20,000 nucleotides of DNA from an uncultured virus (IMG/VR IMGVR_UViG_3300005201_000009) (IMGVR_UViG_3300005201_000009); one strand, 5' to 3'. Counted from the stretch's first letter, positions 8,091 to 15,618 are shown. The notes: generated from the sequence alone by a model not told the origin. Translations and numbers: made by a program.

Positions 8091-8188
8091 GGGGGTTTCG
8101 GTTTTTTCCCGAAACCCCCCTCATTCTGCCAAACCCTACCGGGGGTTTCGGTTTTTTTCCCGAAACCCCCCTCATTCTGCCAAACCCT
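8091..8188. repeat. Tandem duplication of a ~50-bp hairpin unit
   Basis: Two copies (8091-8140, 8141-8188) of GGGGGTTTCGG-T6/7C-CCGAAACCCCC-CTCATTCTGCCAAACCCT, each with an 11-bp perfect stem. Confidence 0.95.
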
Positions 8189-8251
8189 GCTACACCTTAA
8201 ATAATTTCGTCTTTTTTTTTTCCCGTAATTACCCATTTTCATCAAACCCTG

Positions 8252-8392
8252 TTACCCCTTGAATCCGTTGATCACACCGTGCTTTTTAACGTATTCAACC
8301 CTCCGTAAATAGGCCGCCGCTATCTTTGGGTTACGGGCTTTGTGGCTTTTATGGAGCCATAAATACTTGAAAATCACTTGATCCGCGCTCAT
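8252..8392 (-). CDS. Small basic hypothetical protein (46 aa)
   Basis: MSADQVIFKYL..., AGGAGG RBS, preceded by the repeated motif at 8412-8441. Confidence 0.7.
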   Translation of the reverse strand: MSADQVIFKYLWLHKSHKARNPKIAAAYLRRVEYVKKHGVINGFKG

Positions 8393-8411
8393 TTTGTACC
8401 TCCTATGCTTA

Positions 8412-8441
8412 ATACGCGCCGAAACAGCGCGGTGTGTAAAA
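8412..8441 (-). promoter_or_regulatory. Repeated bipartite promoter-like motif, copy A
   Basis: Minus strand TTTTACACAC-cgcgctgtttcggcg-CGTAT. Confidence 0.75.
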
Positions 8442-8530
8442 ATAATTGCAAAAAAAGACCGTGGCAAAAAAAGCGCGGAATCCGGCAAAAAAACAAAAAA
8501 GATGCGGTTTTTCGGGGTTTTTGAGTTGAT

Positions 8531-8585
8531 TTTAACTCTATTAAATTATGTTATGGGTAACAATCACGATTATGCTTTTTTTAAA
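8531..8585 (+). repeat. Inverted repeat, left arm
   Basis: TTTAACTCTATTAAATTATGTTATGGGTAACAATCACG (8531-8568) is the exact reverse complement of 9076-9113; similarity extends to about 55 bp. Confidence 0.95.
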
Positions 8586-8615
8586 TAACTAGTTTTTCAT
8601 TTTTTGGGTGTGGTG

Positions 8616-8883
8616 GGTGACTTTTCCACAAGTTTTTAAAAATTTCTGTAAATTTCCCTCCGTGCTACACACTACACTATAGATACTACTACTACACACT
8701 ACACTATAGATACTACTACTACACACTGCTACTACGGAAATAAAGCCAATATTTTGTTATGCGACACGCACAAAAAAATAGTTAATTTTGGTAGCTTGTA
8801 TAGTATTCCTGACATTTTGTTAAGTAGTTTTTTGTCAAGAAAATGATAATCTTTAAAAACGGTGACTTTTCCACAAGTTTTTA
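8616..8883 (+). repeat. 23-bp direct repeat pair containing DnaA-box-like TTTTCCACA
   Basis: GGTGACTTTTCCACAAGTTTTTA at 8616-8638 and 8861-8883; TTTTCCACA fits TTWTNCACA. Confidence 0.85.
8665..8727 (+). repeat. 27-bp tandem repeat (2.3 copies)
   Basis: CTACACACTACACTATAGATACTACTA at 8665-8691 and 8692-8718, plus a partial third copy. Confidence 0.95.
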
Positions 8884-8896
8884 TATTTTTAGGTGA

Positions 8897-8926
8897 TTTT
8901 ACACACCTTGAGTATTTTACGCGTAA
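8897..8926 (+). promoter_or_regulatory. Repeated motif, copy B
   Basis: TTTTACACAC-cttgagtattttacg-CGTAA. Confidence 0.6.
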
Positions 8927-8967
8927 AGGGTGTGACAATAAAAAATAAAATATTTTCGCTAAAGGGG

Positions 8968-8996
8968 TTGACACAATAAAATATTTATGATACCAT
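8968..8996 (+). promoter_or_regulatory. Sigma70 promoter inside the IR-flanked segment
   Basis: TTGACA-N17-TACCAT with TGa extension. Confidence 0.6.
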
Positions 8997-9059
8997 AATA
9001 GCGGAAAGTTACATTTTCCAGTTTTTGAACCCCCAAAATAGAGCAAAAAAAGAGACATT

Positions 9060-9113
9060 TTTAAAAAAACATAACCGTGATTGTTACCCATAACATAATT
9101 TAATAGAGTTAAA
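9060..9113 (-). repeat. Inverted repeat, right arm
   Basis: Reverse complement of 8531-8585 with one mismatch and one indel. Confidence 0.95.
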
Positions 9114-9145
9114 TTATGTCACGAATATATAAAACCAATGATAAT

Positions 9146-9175
9146 TTTTACACACGGCGCGTATTTAAAGCGTTA
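9146..9175 (+). promoter_or_regulatory. Repeated motif, copy C
   Basis: TTTTACACAC-ggcgcgtatttaaag-CGTTA. Confidence 0.7.
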
Positions 9176-9205
9176 AAGGCATAAGCAACAAAAACAGTAA
9201 TAATT

Positions 9206-9235
9206 TTTTACACACCGCGCTATTTTGGCGCGTTA
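9206..9235 (+). promoter_or_regulatory. Repeated motif, copy D
   Basis: TTTTACACAC-cgcgctattttggcg-CGTTA, followed by AAGGAG RBS and ATG 9262. Confidence 0.8.
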
Positions 9236-9261
9236 GGTATATCAAGATTAAGGAGTAGATT

Positions 9262-9501
9262 ATGGCAAAAGAAACAAAAAAAGGCGGCTTTAGGGATAAT
9301 AAAGCCCCTACCAGCTTATCGGTTATTATCACCGATAGTAACGGCAATGAATGGGGTCGGCTTTATGCGTCGCCTAAAGACTTCTCTACCGGGTCGGTAG
9401 GGTTTTATGCGACGGGCAAGGCGGTCAATCCGGCCAATCCTGAGGCGAAATATCAGGCGGGGCTTACGTTTACCTTGTGTGGTAGCAAGCCGGCGGCGTA
9501 G
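9262..9501 (+). CDS. Small hypothetical protein (PKDFSTGSVGFY...GSK motif)
   Basis: 79-aa ORF with AAGGAG RBS; first gene of the right arm. Confidence 0.85.
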   Translation: MAKETKKGGFRDNKAPTSLSVIITDSNGNEWGRLYASPKDFSTGSVGFYATGKAVNPANPEAKYQAGLTFTLCGSKPAA

Positions 9502-9676
9502 CAGTATAGGGGCGCGTCTATGCGTGACAGTGTAGCGACGTGATTGTGTAGCGGCGTAATAGGTTAAGTAACGAAAAATCAAGGCAGAATAACTACTCAA
9601 CGATTTTACATGGCAGGGGTCGGACTCTGCGCTGCCTATGCCGGAGGGGAAACACGGTTTTAATGCCTTCCCCCAG

Positions 9677-9725
9677 GCCGCCCCCGGGGTGTGATTAAAG
9701 AGACACCGCCGGGGGCGGCTTTTTC
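9677..9725 (+). terminator. Rho-independent terminator
   Basis: GCCGCCCCCGG (9677-9687) / CCGGGGGCGGC (9709-9719) stem followed by TTTTT. Confidence 0.75.
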
Positions 9726-9751
9726 TTCTGTTTTTAATTTTTAAGAAATAT

Positions 9752-9781
9752 TTTTACACACGGCGCGTTTTTCCAGCGGTA
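9752..9781 (+). promoter_or_regulatory. Repeated motif, copy E
   Basis: TTTTACACAC-ggcgcgtttttccag-CGGTA. Confidence 0.7.
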
Positions 9782-9819
9782 TGTATGTATCGCGGATCAA
9801 AATAGGCAGGAGGTATGGT

Positions 9820-10092
9820 ATGCGGAAGGTTCACAAAGAGGCGGTTGAACGGTTTATGGCCGGGGAGCCCGGCGTGGTCGGGCCGCGCGACAGAATTGTT
9901 GCGACGCGGAATAAGGACATAGCGGCGTGGGAGTATCACGGTAGCGCTATCGTTAAGAGGGATACCGGCGGAGTCTACGTAAGCTATTGCGGCTGGTTTA
10001 CGCCGAGTACACGGGATCGCCTATACGCGATTTGCGATTATCTGGGTGTTCCACGGCCCGTTAAGACAGACGGCTATATAAAGGTGGCGTGA
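9820..10092 (+). CDS. Phage hypothetical protein (YHGSAI...GWFTPSTRDRL motif)
   Basis: AGGAGG RBS before ATG 9820; motif resembles a common phage early-protein family. Confidence 0.8.
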   Translation: MRKVHKEAVERFMAGEPGVVGPRDRIVATRNKDIAAWEYHGSAIVKRDTGGVYVSYCGWFTPSTRDRLYAICDYLGVPRPVKTDGYIKVA

Positions 10093-10115
10093 AGTAATTA
10101 CTACGGAGGGAGTCT

Positions 10116-10331
10116 ATGAGCAGAAAATATCCATCCAGCGAAATGCTGGGCATAGCGACGGAAATTGCCAGAAGGGAAATTCACTGCCGGCTACGGTGCA
10201 ATATGCCCGGTTGCGGCAGGGCGTGCTACTGGTCGGGCAAGGCGTATTTAGAGCGCCTGCCCTTGATCCAGCAGGTGGAATATAACGCGTACATGAGAGC
10301 AAAGCCCATGATCGACGCGGCGACGGCGTAG
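10116..10331 (+). CDS. Hypothetical protein
   Basis: 71 aa, GGAGGGAG RBS. Confidence 0.75.
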   Translation: MSRKYPSSEMLGIATEIARREIHCRLRCNMPGCGRACYWSGKAYLERLPLIQQVEYNAYMRAKPMIDAATA

Positions 10332-10370
10332 CGTAGCTATGCGCGGAATAATGCAAGGCGTAGGAGAAAA

Positions 10371-10400
10371 TTTTACACACCGCGTGATTTTCGCGCGTTA
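10371..10400 (+). promoter_or_regulatory. Repeated motif, copy F
   Basis: TTTTACACAC-cgcgtgattttcgcg-CGTTA. Confidence 0.8.
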
Positions 10401-10419
10401 AAGGTATAGGAGGTTTGCG

Positions 10420-10563
10420 ATGTACAAAATAAGCATTAAAGCGGAGAAAGGCAGGAAGAAATACCGCAAAGCGTTGCGGTTTATGAGCTGGGCAAGCGCA
10501 TGCGACTTTTGCGCCCGCGTGGGGATTAGGCCAAAGGCGATTAAGGTAGGAGGTACGGCATGA
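10420..10563 (+). CDS. Small basic hypothetical protein (47 aa)
   Basis: Below the ORF-track cutoff; MYKISIKAEKGRKK...; AGGAGG RBS; ATGA overlap with the next gene. Confidence 0.7.
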   Translation: MYKISIKAEKGRKKYRKALRFMSWASACDFCARVGIRPKAIKVGGTA

Positions 10564-10739
10564 GGTGCGCAAAGTATGACGGCAAATACTACGATTTATG
10601 TACTCATATGTACTGCATTGTAGCGTATGACAAGGCAAAGGGCAGGTATCGCTTTACATGGAGCAACAAACAAGATCGATTTGTACGTGTTCGGGAGGCG
10701 GGCAAATTCTTGAGGTGCTATTTTAAGGAGGCAGTATGA
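10560..10739 (+). CDS. Small hypothetical protein (59 aa)
   Basis: MRCAKYDGKYY...; AGGAGG RBS; ATGA overlaps on both sides. Confidence 0.7.
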   Translation: MRCAKYDGKYYDLCTHMYCIVAYDKAKGRYRFTWSNKQDRFVRVREAGKFLRCYFKEAV

Positions 10740-10900
10740 AGTACGAAGTATCGGTTATTTACACGGGGAGCGTGAGTTGCGGCGTCGAGGCGGATTCGCG
10801 GTCTGAGGCGCTGGTCAAGGCGGTCCAGGAAGCGGTGAAAAATATCCCGCAGGAGATACGCGACCAGGTGGATTTGCGGCCTTATTTTGTTTCGGGTTGA
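10736..10900 (+). CDS. Small hypothetical protein (54 aa, VEADSRSEA motif)
   Basis: MKYEVSVIYTGSV...; AAGGAGG RBS. Confidence 0.75.
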   Translation: MKYEVSVIYTGSVSCGVEADSRSEALVKAVQEAVKNIPQEIRDQVDLRPYFVSG

Positions 10901-10910
10901 GGGGGATGAT

Positions 10911-11084
10911 ATGACAGACAAGCAAAAAAGAATATATGACGCTTTGGTCGCTATGGATTCCGACAACGTGCTCAATTTTATACTGGATTATCATGGCCGG
11001 CAGATATTTAGCAATGACTTTTATGAGCACCTTGTCGATGAGGGTGTCATTGAGATGGAGGGCGATGAAGATGACGGCGAGTGA
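10911..11084 (+). CDS. Small acidic hypothetical protein
   Basis: MTDKQKRIYD...; GAGGGGG RBS. Confidence 0.7.
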   Translation: MTDKQKRIYDALVAMDSDNVLNFILDYHGRQIFSNDFYEHLVDEGVIEMEGDEDDGE

Positions 11085-11343
11085 ACTAAAAGCGCTCTAC
11101 TGCCGGCACTGCCCCGGCGGGCATTTTTTCGACCGTAAAACCATGAAGTTTTTCGGCGACACGATGGCGAATTTCGCCGTTCGCGATGTGGGCAGGGTAA
11201 AGAGCGGCTATGGCAAGGGCGCAAAGAAGGTAGAGGCGGTCGTACTGTATCGCAAAAGGCCGAATAGAGGCGGGCTGCACGGGGATGTGGCGCATTTTCG
11301 CAAAGACACCGGGCAGGTGATATACCATGCCGGGGAGATATAG
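11071..11343 (+). CDS. Phage hypothetical protein (HFFDRKTMKFFG motif)
   Basis: GGAGG RBS before the ATGs at 11065/11071. Confidence 0.75.
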   Translation: MTASELKALYCRHCPGGHFFDRKTMKFFGDTMANFAVRDVGRVKSGYGKGAKKVEAVVLYRKRPNRGGLHGDVAHFRKDTGQVIYHAGEI

Positions 11344-11377
11344 GGGGCGGCTATGAAAAACGGGTTGTTGGAATAAT

Positions 11378-11407
11378 TTTTACGCACGGCGTGCATTTTG
11401 CGCGTTG
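11378..11407 (+). promoter_or_regulatory. Repeated motif, copy G
   Basis: TTTTACGCAC-ggcgtgcattttgcg-CGTTG. Confidence 0.7.
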
Positions 11408-11425
11408 TAAGCATAGGAGGCGCGT

Positions 11426-11653
11426 ATGGAGGACGATGTACTTGAGCCGCAAGAAGAGGACTATATAATCTATGACACCGGGCCGCTGGGCAGTATGTGT
11501 GGCGTCGGCGTGTACGGAGGCAAGCAGTTAGGCACTTTTCTTTCTGCTGAATCCGCCGAGGCGTTTATTAAAGAGACGATGGAGACAGACGACTATTATC
11601 CGAATACGTGGCGTATGGACGATCACGGCGGATACATGCTCGTCACAGCTTAA
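11426..11653 (+). CDS. Acidic hypothetical protein
   Basis: 75 aa, AGGAGG RBS. Confidence 0.8.
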   Translation: MEDDVLEPQEEDYIIYDTGPLGSMCGVGVYGGKQLGTFLSAESAEAFIKETMETDDYYPNTWRMDDHGGYMLVTA

Positions 11654-11654
11654 T

Positions 11655-11684
11655 TTTTACACACCGCGCTTATTTAGCGCGTAA
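11655..11684 (+). promoter_or_regulatory. Repeated motif, copy H
   Basis: TTTTACACAC-cgcgcttatttagcg-CGTAA. Confidence 0.8.
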
Positions 11685-11701
11685 GAAGTAAGGAGTAAAA
11701 C

Positions 11702-12247
11702 ATGGCACATTTTGAGAAGAGGGTAAACACGCGGAGCCGCAAGGCGATGGTTGAGTTTTTAACTGGGCATTTTCGGTATGACACGATGAATTCGTGTAAT
11801 GACAGCACGTCATATGCGCATAACATGAAGATACACAACCTGCCTTTGAGTAAAGAGGAAAAGGACAGGCTGTACGATCTCTTTGATTGCGAGGGCGTGT
11901 ATGACGATATCAACGAGCTTATGCGCGACTTTGACAGGGAGCATAGGTACGGGTGGCAGGTCGGCTTTAACGGGCGCAACGGCGGATATTTGGTTCTGTA
12001 TCAGGGCGGTTTGAGAGATGGGCAACCTTACTGTACGCCCGGCAAGAGCACGGATCAAGGCGAGGATTTTGTGGAATGGACGATGTACGACCTGCGCGAG
12101 CGGGTGCGGCTGGTGTGTGAATTCGACCGTTTGGCAGACTGCGTTGTAGAGCAGGCGCGGTATCTGGCGAATACCTACGAGGCAGTGGACGCGGAGGTCA
12201 TGGTTCCCAAGAAGGTACGGGTGCTTGTCGGCAGGGAGGTAGCATGA
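11702..12247 (+). CDS. Hypothetical protein (FNGRNGGYLVLY motif)
   Basis: 181 aa, AAGGAG RBS. Confidence 0.85.
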   Translation: MAHFEKRVNTRSRKAMVEFLTGHFRYDTMNSCNDSTSYAHNMKIHNLPLSKEEKDRLYDLFDCEGVYDDINELMRDFDREHRYGWQVGFNGRNGGYLVLYQGGLRDGQPYCTPGKSTDQGEDFVEWTMYDLRERVRLVCEFDRLADCVVEQARYLANTYEAVDAEVMVPKKVRVLVGREVA

Positions 12248-12504
12248 TGGGTAATGCGTTAAGCGCGATGCTGGCGATAGGAAGTTATGCCAAGCGCAGT
12301 ATGGGCGGCGGGATTATAGCGGACACATTCGAGTGGTGCAAGACGTGCGCCAATGTCAGCCTGCGCGGCGGCGCGAAGTTATCAAATTATGGCGGGGAAT
12401 GTTGCGGGTTAAAGAAAAAGCGCGCCGCCGGCAAAGAGTGCGAGTCCTGGGTGCGTATGGGGGACGAATTGGAAAAACTTTACAAAGAGTACGGGTTCAT
12501 ATAA
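12244..12504 (+). CDS. Cys-rich hypothetical protein
   Basis: 86 aa, GGGAGG RBS, ATGA overlap. Confidence 0.7.
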   Translation: MMGNALSAMLAIGSYAKRSMGGGIIADTFEWCKTCANVSLRGGAKLSNYGGECCGLKKKRAAGKECESWVRMGDELEKLYKEYGFI

Positions 12505-12513
12505 ATCAGATAT

Positions 12514-12543
12514 TTTTACACACCGCGCGGTTTTTGCGCGTTA
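12514..12543 (+). promoter_or_regulatory. Repeated motif, copy I
   Basis: TTTTACACAC-cgcgcggtttttgcg-CGTTA. Confidence 0.8.
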
Positions 12544-12583
12544 TAAATGACAACAAAAATCAAGAAAATTAAGGAGACTCATT

Positions 12584-13405
12584 ATGGACTTTAACATGAA
12601 TAGCGGATTGCTAAACGTGCCACAGCCGTGCTGTTATTGGGAGTTTGACGACTACCTATACGGCCTTGAGCAGCGGGAAGATGAGTGGCGCAAAGAATGT
12701 GCAGAGGAAGTAGTCGACGCGATGGTAGATGGCAAGCCGGTGTTGCAAACGCGTCGTATGGACTTGCCGTCGTGGCATGAGGAGTACGACTGCCCGCAGG
12801 AGTGCATTCTTGATTGGGACGGGGCGCAGAAGGTGATAGCAAAATGCTGGCTGGATACGCTGGAAGACTGGATAGCCGAGCGGTTCAGTGACGAGGGCTT
12901 TGAGGGGGATATAAAGCTGGCGTTCAAGGGCGTCGACTCGCCGAGGGAGTATAATTTCAGAGGCGACGAGTGCGACTTTACCATGTCCATATCGCTGGGG
13001 ACGCTGGCGCATATCGTAGGCCAGTGCCTGGTGACGTACCGGGCGGGCTTTAGCGATTATCTGGCGAGGGCGCATTCGAGCCGCGACGGGTATATGTCGT
13101 ATATATCCAATAGCGTGTACGACTACGACGACATGTGGGCGCTGCTGGCGCAGGACGGCGGCGAGTGCGACGCGGATGACATTAAACATCTGGTATGGGT
13201 ATGCCTTGACTACTGGCTGTTCGGCATTGAAGACATGGAGAACGGCGATAAAAACGAACTGGACGGCGACGGCATGGAGAAGCGGTTCGGGAAGAATCAG
13301 GACAAGTTTAGAAGCTGGCTATGGGACAAGGTGATGGACGCCGAAGGCAACGGGGCATTTAACATGCTGATGGAATACCGGCCAAAGGAGGTAGTGGGGG
13401 CATGA
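12584..13405 (+). CDS. Highly acidic phage protein (SPREYNF...SRDGY motif)
   Basis: 273 aa, AAGGAG RBS. Confidence 0.85.
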   Translation: MDFNMNSGLLNVPQPCCYWEFDDYLYGLEQREDEWRKECAEEVVDAMVDGKPVLQTRRMDLPSWHEEYDCPQECILDWDGAQKVIAKCWLDTLEDWIAERFSDEGFEGDIKLAFKGVDSPREYNFRGDECDFTMSISLGTLAHIVGQCLVTYRAGFSDYLARAHSSRDGYMSYISNSVYDYDDMWALLAQDGGECDADDIKHLVWVCLDYWLFGIEDMENGDKNELDGDGMEKRFGKNQDKFRSWLWDKVMDAEGNGAFNMLMEYRPKEVVGA

Positions 13406-13722
13406 CGGTAGAAATAAGCGTTAATAGGGTTATTGATGAGCTGGTGCCAAGGTTCGACGATATTGAGGCGTATCACCGCATACCGCGCAGGCAGTACAGG
13501 GATGAAAATCCGGCGCACTACCGGCTGTACCAGGCGTGCGAGCGGGCGCACGGCGAATTGAGGCTTGCAGCATGGATGTTAAATGTGCCCTGCAACGTGA
13601 TATACAGCGTAGTGCTGACGGCGCGGCGGTGGTATAACCGGACGAAGTGGGAGCGCTATCTTCCCGAGGCAGACGCGGAGCGGTTGTGGAAGCTGGCAGT
13701 TGTGAATAATAAAACGGCGTAG
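13402..13722 (+). CDS. Hypothetical protein
   Basis: 106 aa, AGGAGG RBS, ATGA overlap. Confidence 0.75.
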   Translation: MTVEISVNRVIDELVPRFDDIEAYHRIPRRQYRDENPAHYRLYQACERAHGELRLAAWMLNVPCNVIYSVVLTARRWYNRTKWERYLPEADAERLWKLAVVNNKTA

Positions 13723-13759
13723 ATTCTTTTCTTCTGTTTATTGAAAATCTTTAATTTAT

Positions 13760-13789
13760 TTTTACACACCGCGCTATTTTGGCGCGTTA
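13760..13789 (+). promoter_or_regulatory. Repeated motif, copy J (identical to copy D)
   Basis: TTTTACACAC-cgcgctattttggcg-CGTTA. Confidence 0.8.
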
Positions 13790-13809
13790 AGTATGTAAGG
13801 AGGGTAACA

Positions 13810-14355
13810 ATGCGTGAACTAAACTGTCCGAACTGCAAACGCGATTTGGAAGCGTGGAACAACCGTCCCGATTTGTGGATTAACTACTGTCCGGCGTGCG
13901 GCGAAAAACTGCCGCAAATGGAAGTAGACGCACTGCGTCGGTTAAGCACGGGCCAAGAGATAGTCGACAAGATACGCGGGAATGTGCTGGACATGCTGGA
14001 CAACTACAGCGACGGCATAAATGCCGACGAGCTGGCGCAAAGGGCGTGGGAGTCCGAAAATTGCGACGGGGTTGTATTTTACTCGAACTATGGAGCAGAC
14101 AACTTTGTATGCCGGCATATGCAGTGGGTCGACGGCGCGATGGAGTATTGCTGTGACAATTTCGGGTCGGATCATTACGTAAAGATGAGGGCGGAATGTA
14201 ACGACCGGTTCTTGGTTGCTGCGTTTATCACGGCGACAGAGATTTATCTGTATAACCAGCTAGGCATTGATCAGAACGAGGGCGTGCTGTCCGAGGAGCG
14301 TATTCAGGAGATCAGGCGAATGGTTGAAGAAAAAGATTATAAGGAGGAATGGTGA
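13810..14355 (+). CDS. Zinc-ribbon hypothetical protein
   Basis: MRELNCPNC...YCPACGEKL; AAGGAGG RBS before ATG 13810. Confidence 0.85.
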   Translation: MRELNCPNCKRDLEAWNNRPDLWINYCPACGEKLPQMEVDALRRLSTGQEIVDKIRGNVLDMLDNYSDGINADELAQRAWESENCDGVVFYSNYGADNFVCRHMQWVDGAMEYCCDNFGSDHYVKMRAECNDRFLVAAFITATEIYLYNQLGIDQNEGVLSEERIQEIRRMVEEKDYKEEW

Positions 14356-14579
14356 TGGGGAACAGTATGGCATTGTCTTTTGAGAAGATAAAAATGCTGG
14401 AAAAGCACGCGGCGGTAATGGGACCGCTCACAAAATTGTTTAACGATCGGTACACGTCTCTAATGCCGGATGTTGAGCGCAATGATCATCCGCAACACTA
14501 CATGATGGTAAGTACAATTAACAAAATGACTGAAATAGCAGATACGCTGTTGCGGATGTTGCAGGAGGGGTATTTATGA
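14355..14579 (+). CDS. Hypothetical protein
   Basis: AGGAGG RBS; start at 14349 or 14355. Confidence 0.7.
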   Translation: MGNSMALSFEKIKMLEKHAAVMGPLTKLFNDRYTSLMPDVERNDHPQHYMMVSTINKMTEIADTLLRMLQEGYL

Positions 14580-14785
14580 AAGAATCGCAGGTTATTATTG
14601 CCGTCGAGGGCGGCGTGGTTGTCGAGGTGTTATCCAATGTGCACGATCTTGACGCGATCATTGTCGACTATGACGCAATGGAAGACTGGGGCAAGGCAGA
14701 AAAAGAAGCGGACGGGATCAGAGGTTTTGTTCACACACAAAGGGAAGAAGGCAATACGGCGACAGAGTTCGTCGAGATTTGTTAA
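14576..14785 (+). CDS. Hypothetical protein (IIAVEGGVV...IVDYD motif)
   Basis: 69 aa, AGGAGG RBS, ATGA overlap. Confidence 0.8.
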   Translation: MKESQVIIAVEGGVVVEVLSNVHDLDAIIVDYDAMEDWGKAEKEADGIRGFVHTQREEGNTATEFVEIC

Positions 14786-14795
14786 GGAGGCACGT

Positions 14796-14969
14796 ATGGA
14801 AGCCGTATTGGACGAACGGAACAAGGTTTACGGTGAGGTCGCGGCATTGCTAACGGATATGTGCGTGGTGACACGTCCTTGTAGTGACTGTCAATGGAAT
14901 GAAGGTAATGGCCAGTGCAGGGCGGTAAGGGTACGGGACATGTTACACAGGCTATTGTTTGGCCGTTAA
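14796..14969 (+). CDS. Small Cys-containing hypothetical protein
   Basis: MEAVLDERNK...; AAGGAGG RBS. Confidence 0.7.
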   Translation: MEAVLDERNKVYGEVAALLTDMCVVTRPCSDCQWNEGNGQCRAVRVRDMLHRLLFGR

Positions 14970-14978
14970 GGAGGCATT

Positions 14979-15209
14979 ATGGCAAATATAATCAAGTGCG
15001 CCGATTGCGGCGCGGAATTGGACGAAGAAGAAGTGAAAGAGAATTGTGGCTACTGCGCCGCGCCGCTTTGCCAAAAGCCGCTATGCCCTGTGTGCATAGA
15101 CCGGTATCTTTTGGTATCAGCAGGGCAGCATATATGCAAGGAATGCGCGGAAGAGTACGCGGCAGAAGGGTTTGTTGTCGAGACGAGTACGGAGGCGGTA
15201 TGTGCATAG
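14979..15209 (+). CDS. Cys-rich zinc-finger protein
   Basis: Four CxxC pairs; AAGGAGG RBS. Confidence 0.8.
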   Translation: MANIIKCADCGAELDEEEVKENCGYCAAPLCQKPLCPVCIDRYLLVSAGQHICKECAEEYAAEGFVVETSTEAVCA

Positions 15210-15583
15210 ATGAGCTTGTTGATTGTGTAGACTGCGAAAGCTACAGAGTATGCCCCGGGCATATCAGAGGCGATCCTGACGACTGCTACCCTACGGAGGC
15301 AACGTGTACCGAAGGTGCGCCGGAGAACGGTCCGTGCGCGCGAATGCTGGACGCGATACGCGACAAGATTGACGGCGACCATGTTTGGCAAACAGCAGTA
15401 GGTCGGTTCTCTACAAGGGAGCAGTTGCAATACGAGCAGGGCGATAAAGACGATATTATCCCGGACAGTTTTCGGCGTTTTGATTTTTCTTCTGCCCCTT
15501 ATTGGTGGCTGTCGGGATTTGACGTGAGTACCGTAAAGCCGTACCAAAGCGAGTTGGAGGTTTTTAATGCGGTATTTATCTGA
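15200..15583 (+). CDS. Hypothetical protein
   Basis: MCIDELVDCVDC...; GGAGG RBS before ATG 15200. Confidence 0.7.
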   Translation: MCIDELVDCVDCESYRVCPGHIRGDPDDCYPTEATCTEGAPENGPCARMLDAIRDKIDGDHVWQTAVGRFSTREQLQYEQGDKDDIIPDSFRRFDFSSAPYWWLSGFDVSTVKPYQSELEVFNAVFI

Positions 15584-15588
15584 AATAT

Positions 15589-15618
15589 TTTTACACACAG
15601 AGGTTATTTTGGGCGTTA
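15589..15618 (+). promoter_or_regulatory. Repeated motif, copy K
   Basis: TTTTACACAC-agaggttattttggg-CGTTA, then AGGAGG RBS. Confidence 0.75.

Noticed and set aside
8091..8188. Hairpin repeats as a mini CRISPR array
   Set aside because: Only two copies, and the sequence between hairpins is duplicated too, so there is no unique spacer; no cas operon.
7952..9091. ORFs 7952..8245, 8394..8588 and 8732..9091
   Set aside because: They run through repeats and low-complexity AT-rich DNA, lack RBSs, and share MGNNH only because of the inverted repeat.
9146..15618. Repeated motif as integron attC sites (several copies end in GTTRRRY-like sequence and a tyrosine recombinase is nearby)
   Set aside because: No RYYYAAC inverse core; the internal palindrome is missing in copies B, C, E and K; one copy is on the opposite strand ahead of a divergent gene; the recombinase does not look like IntI.
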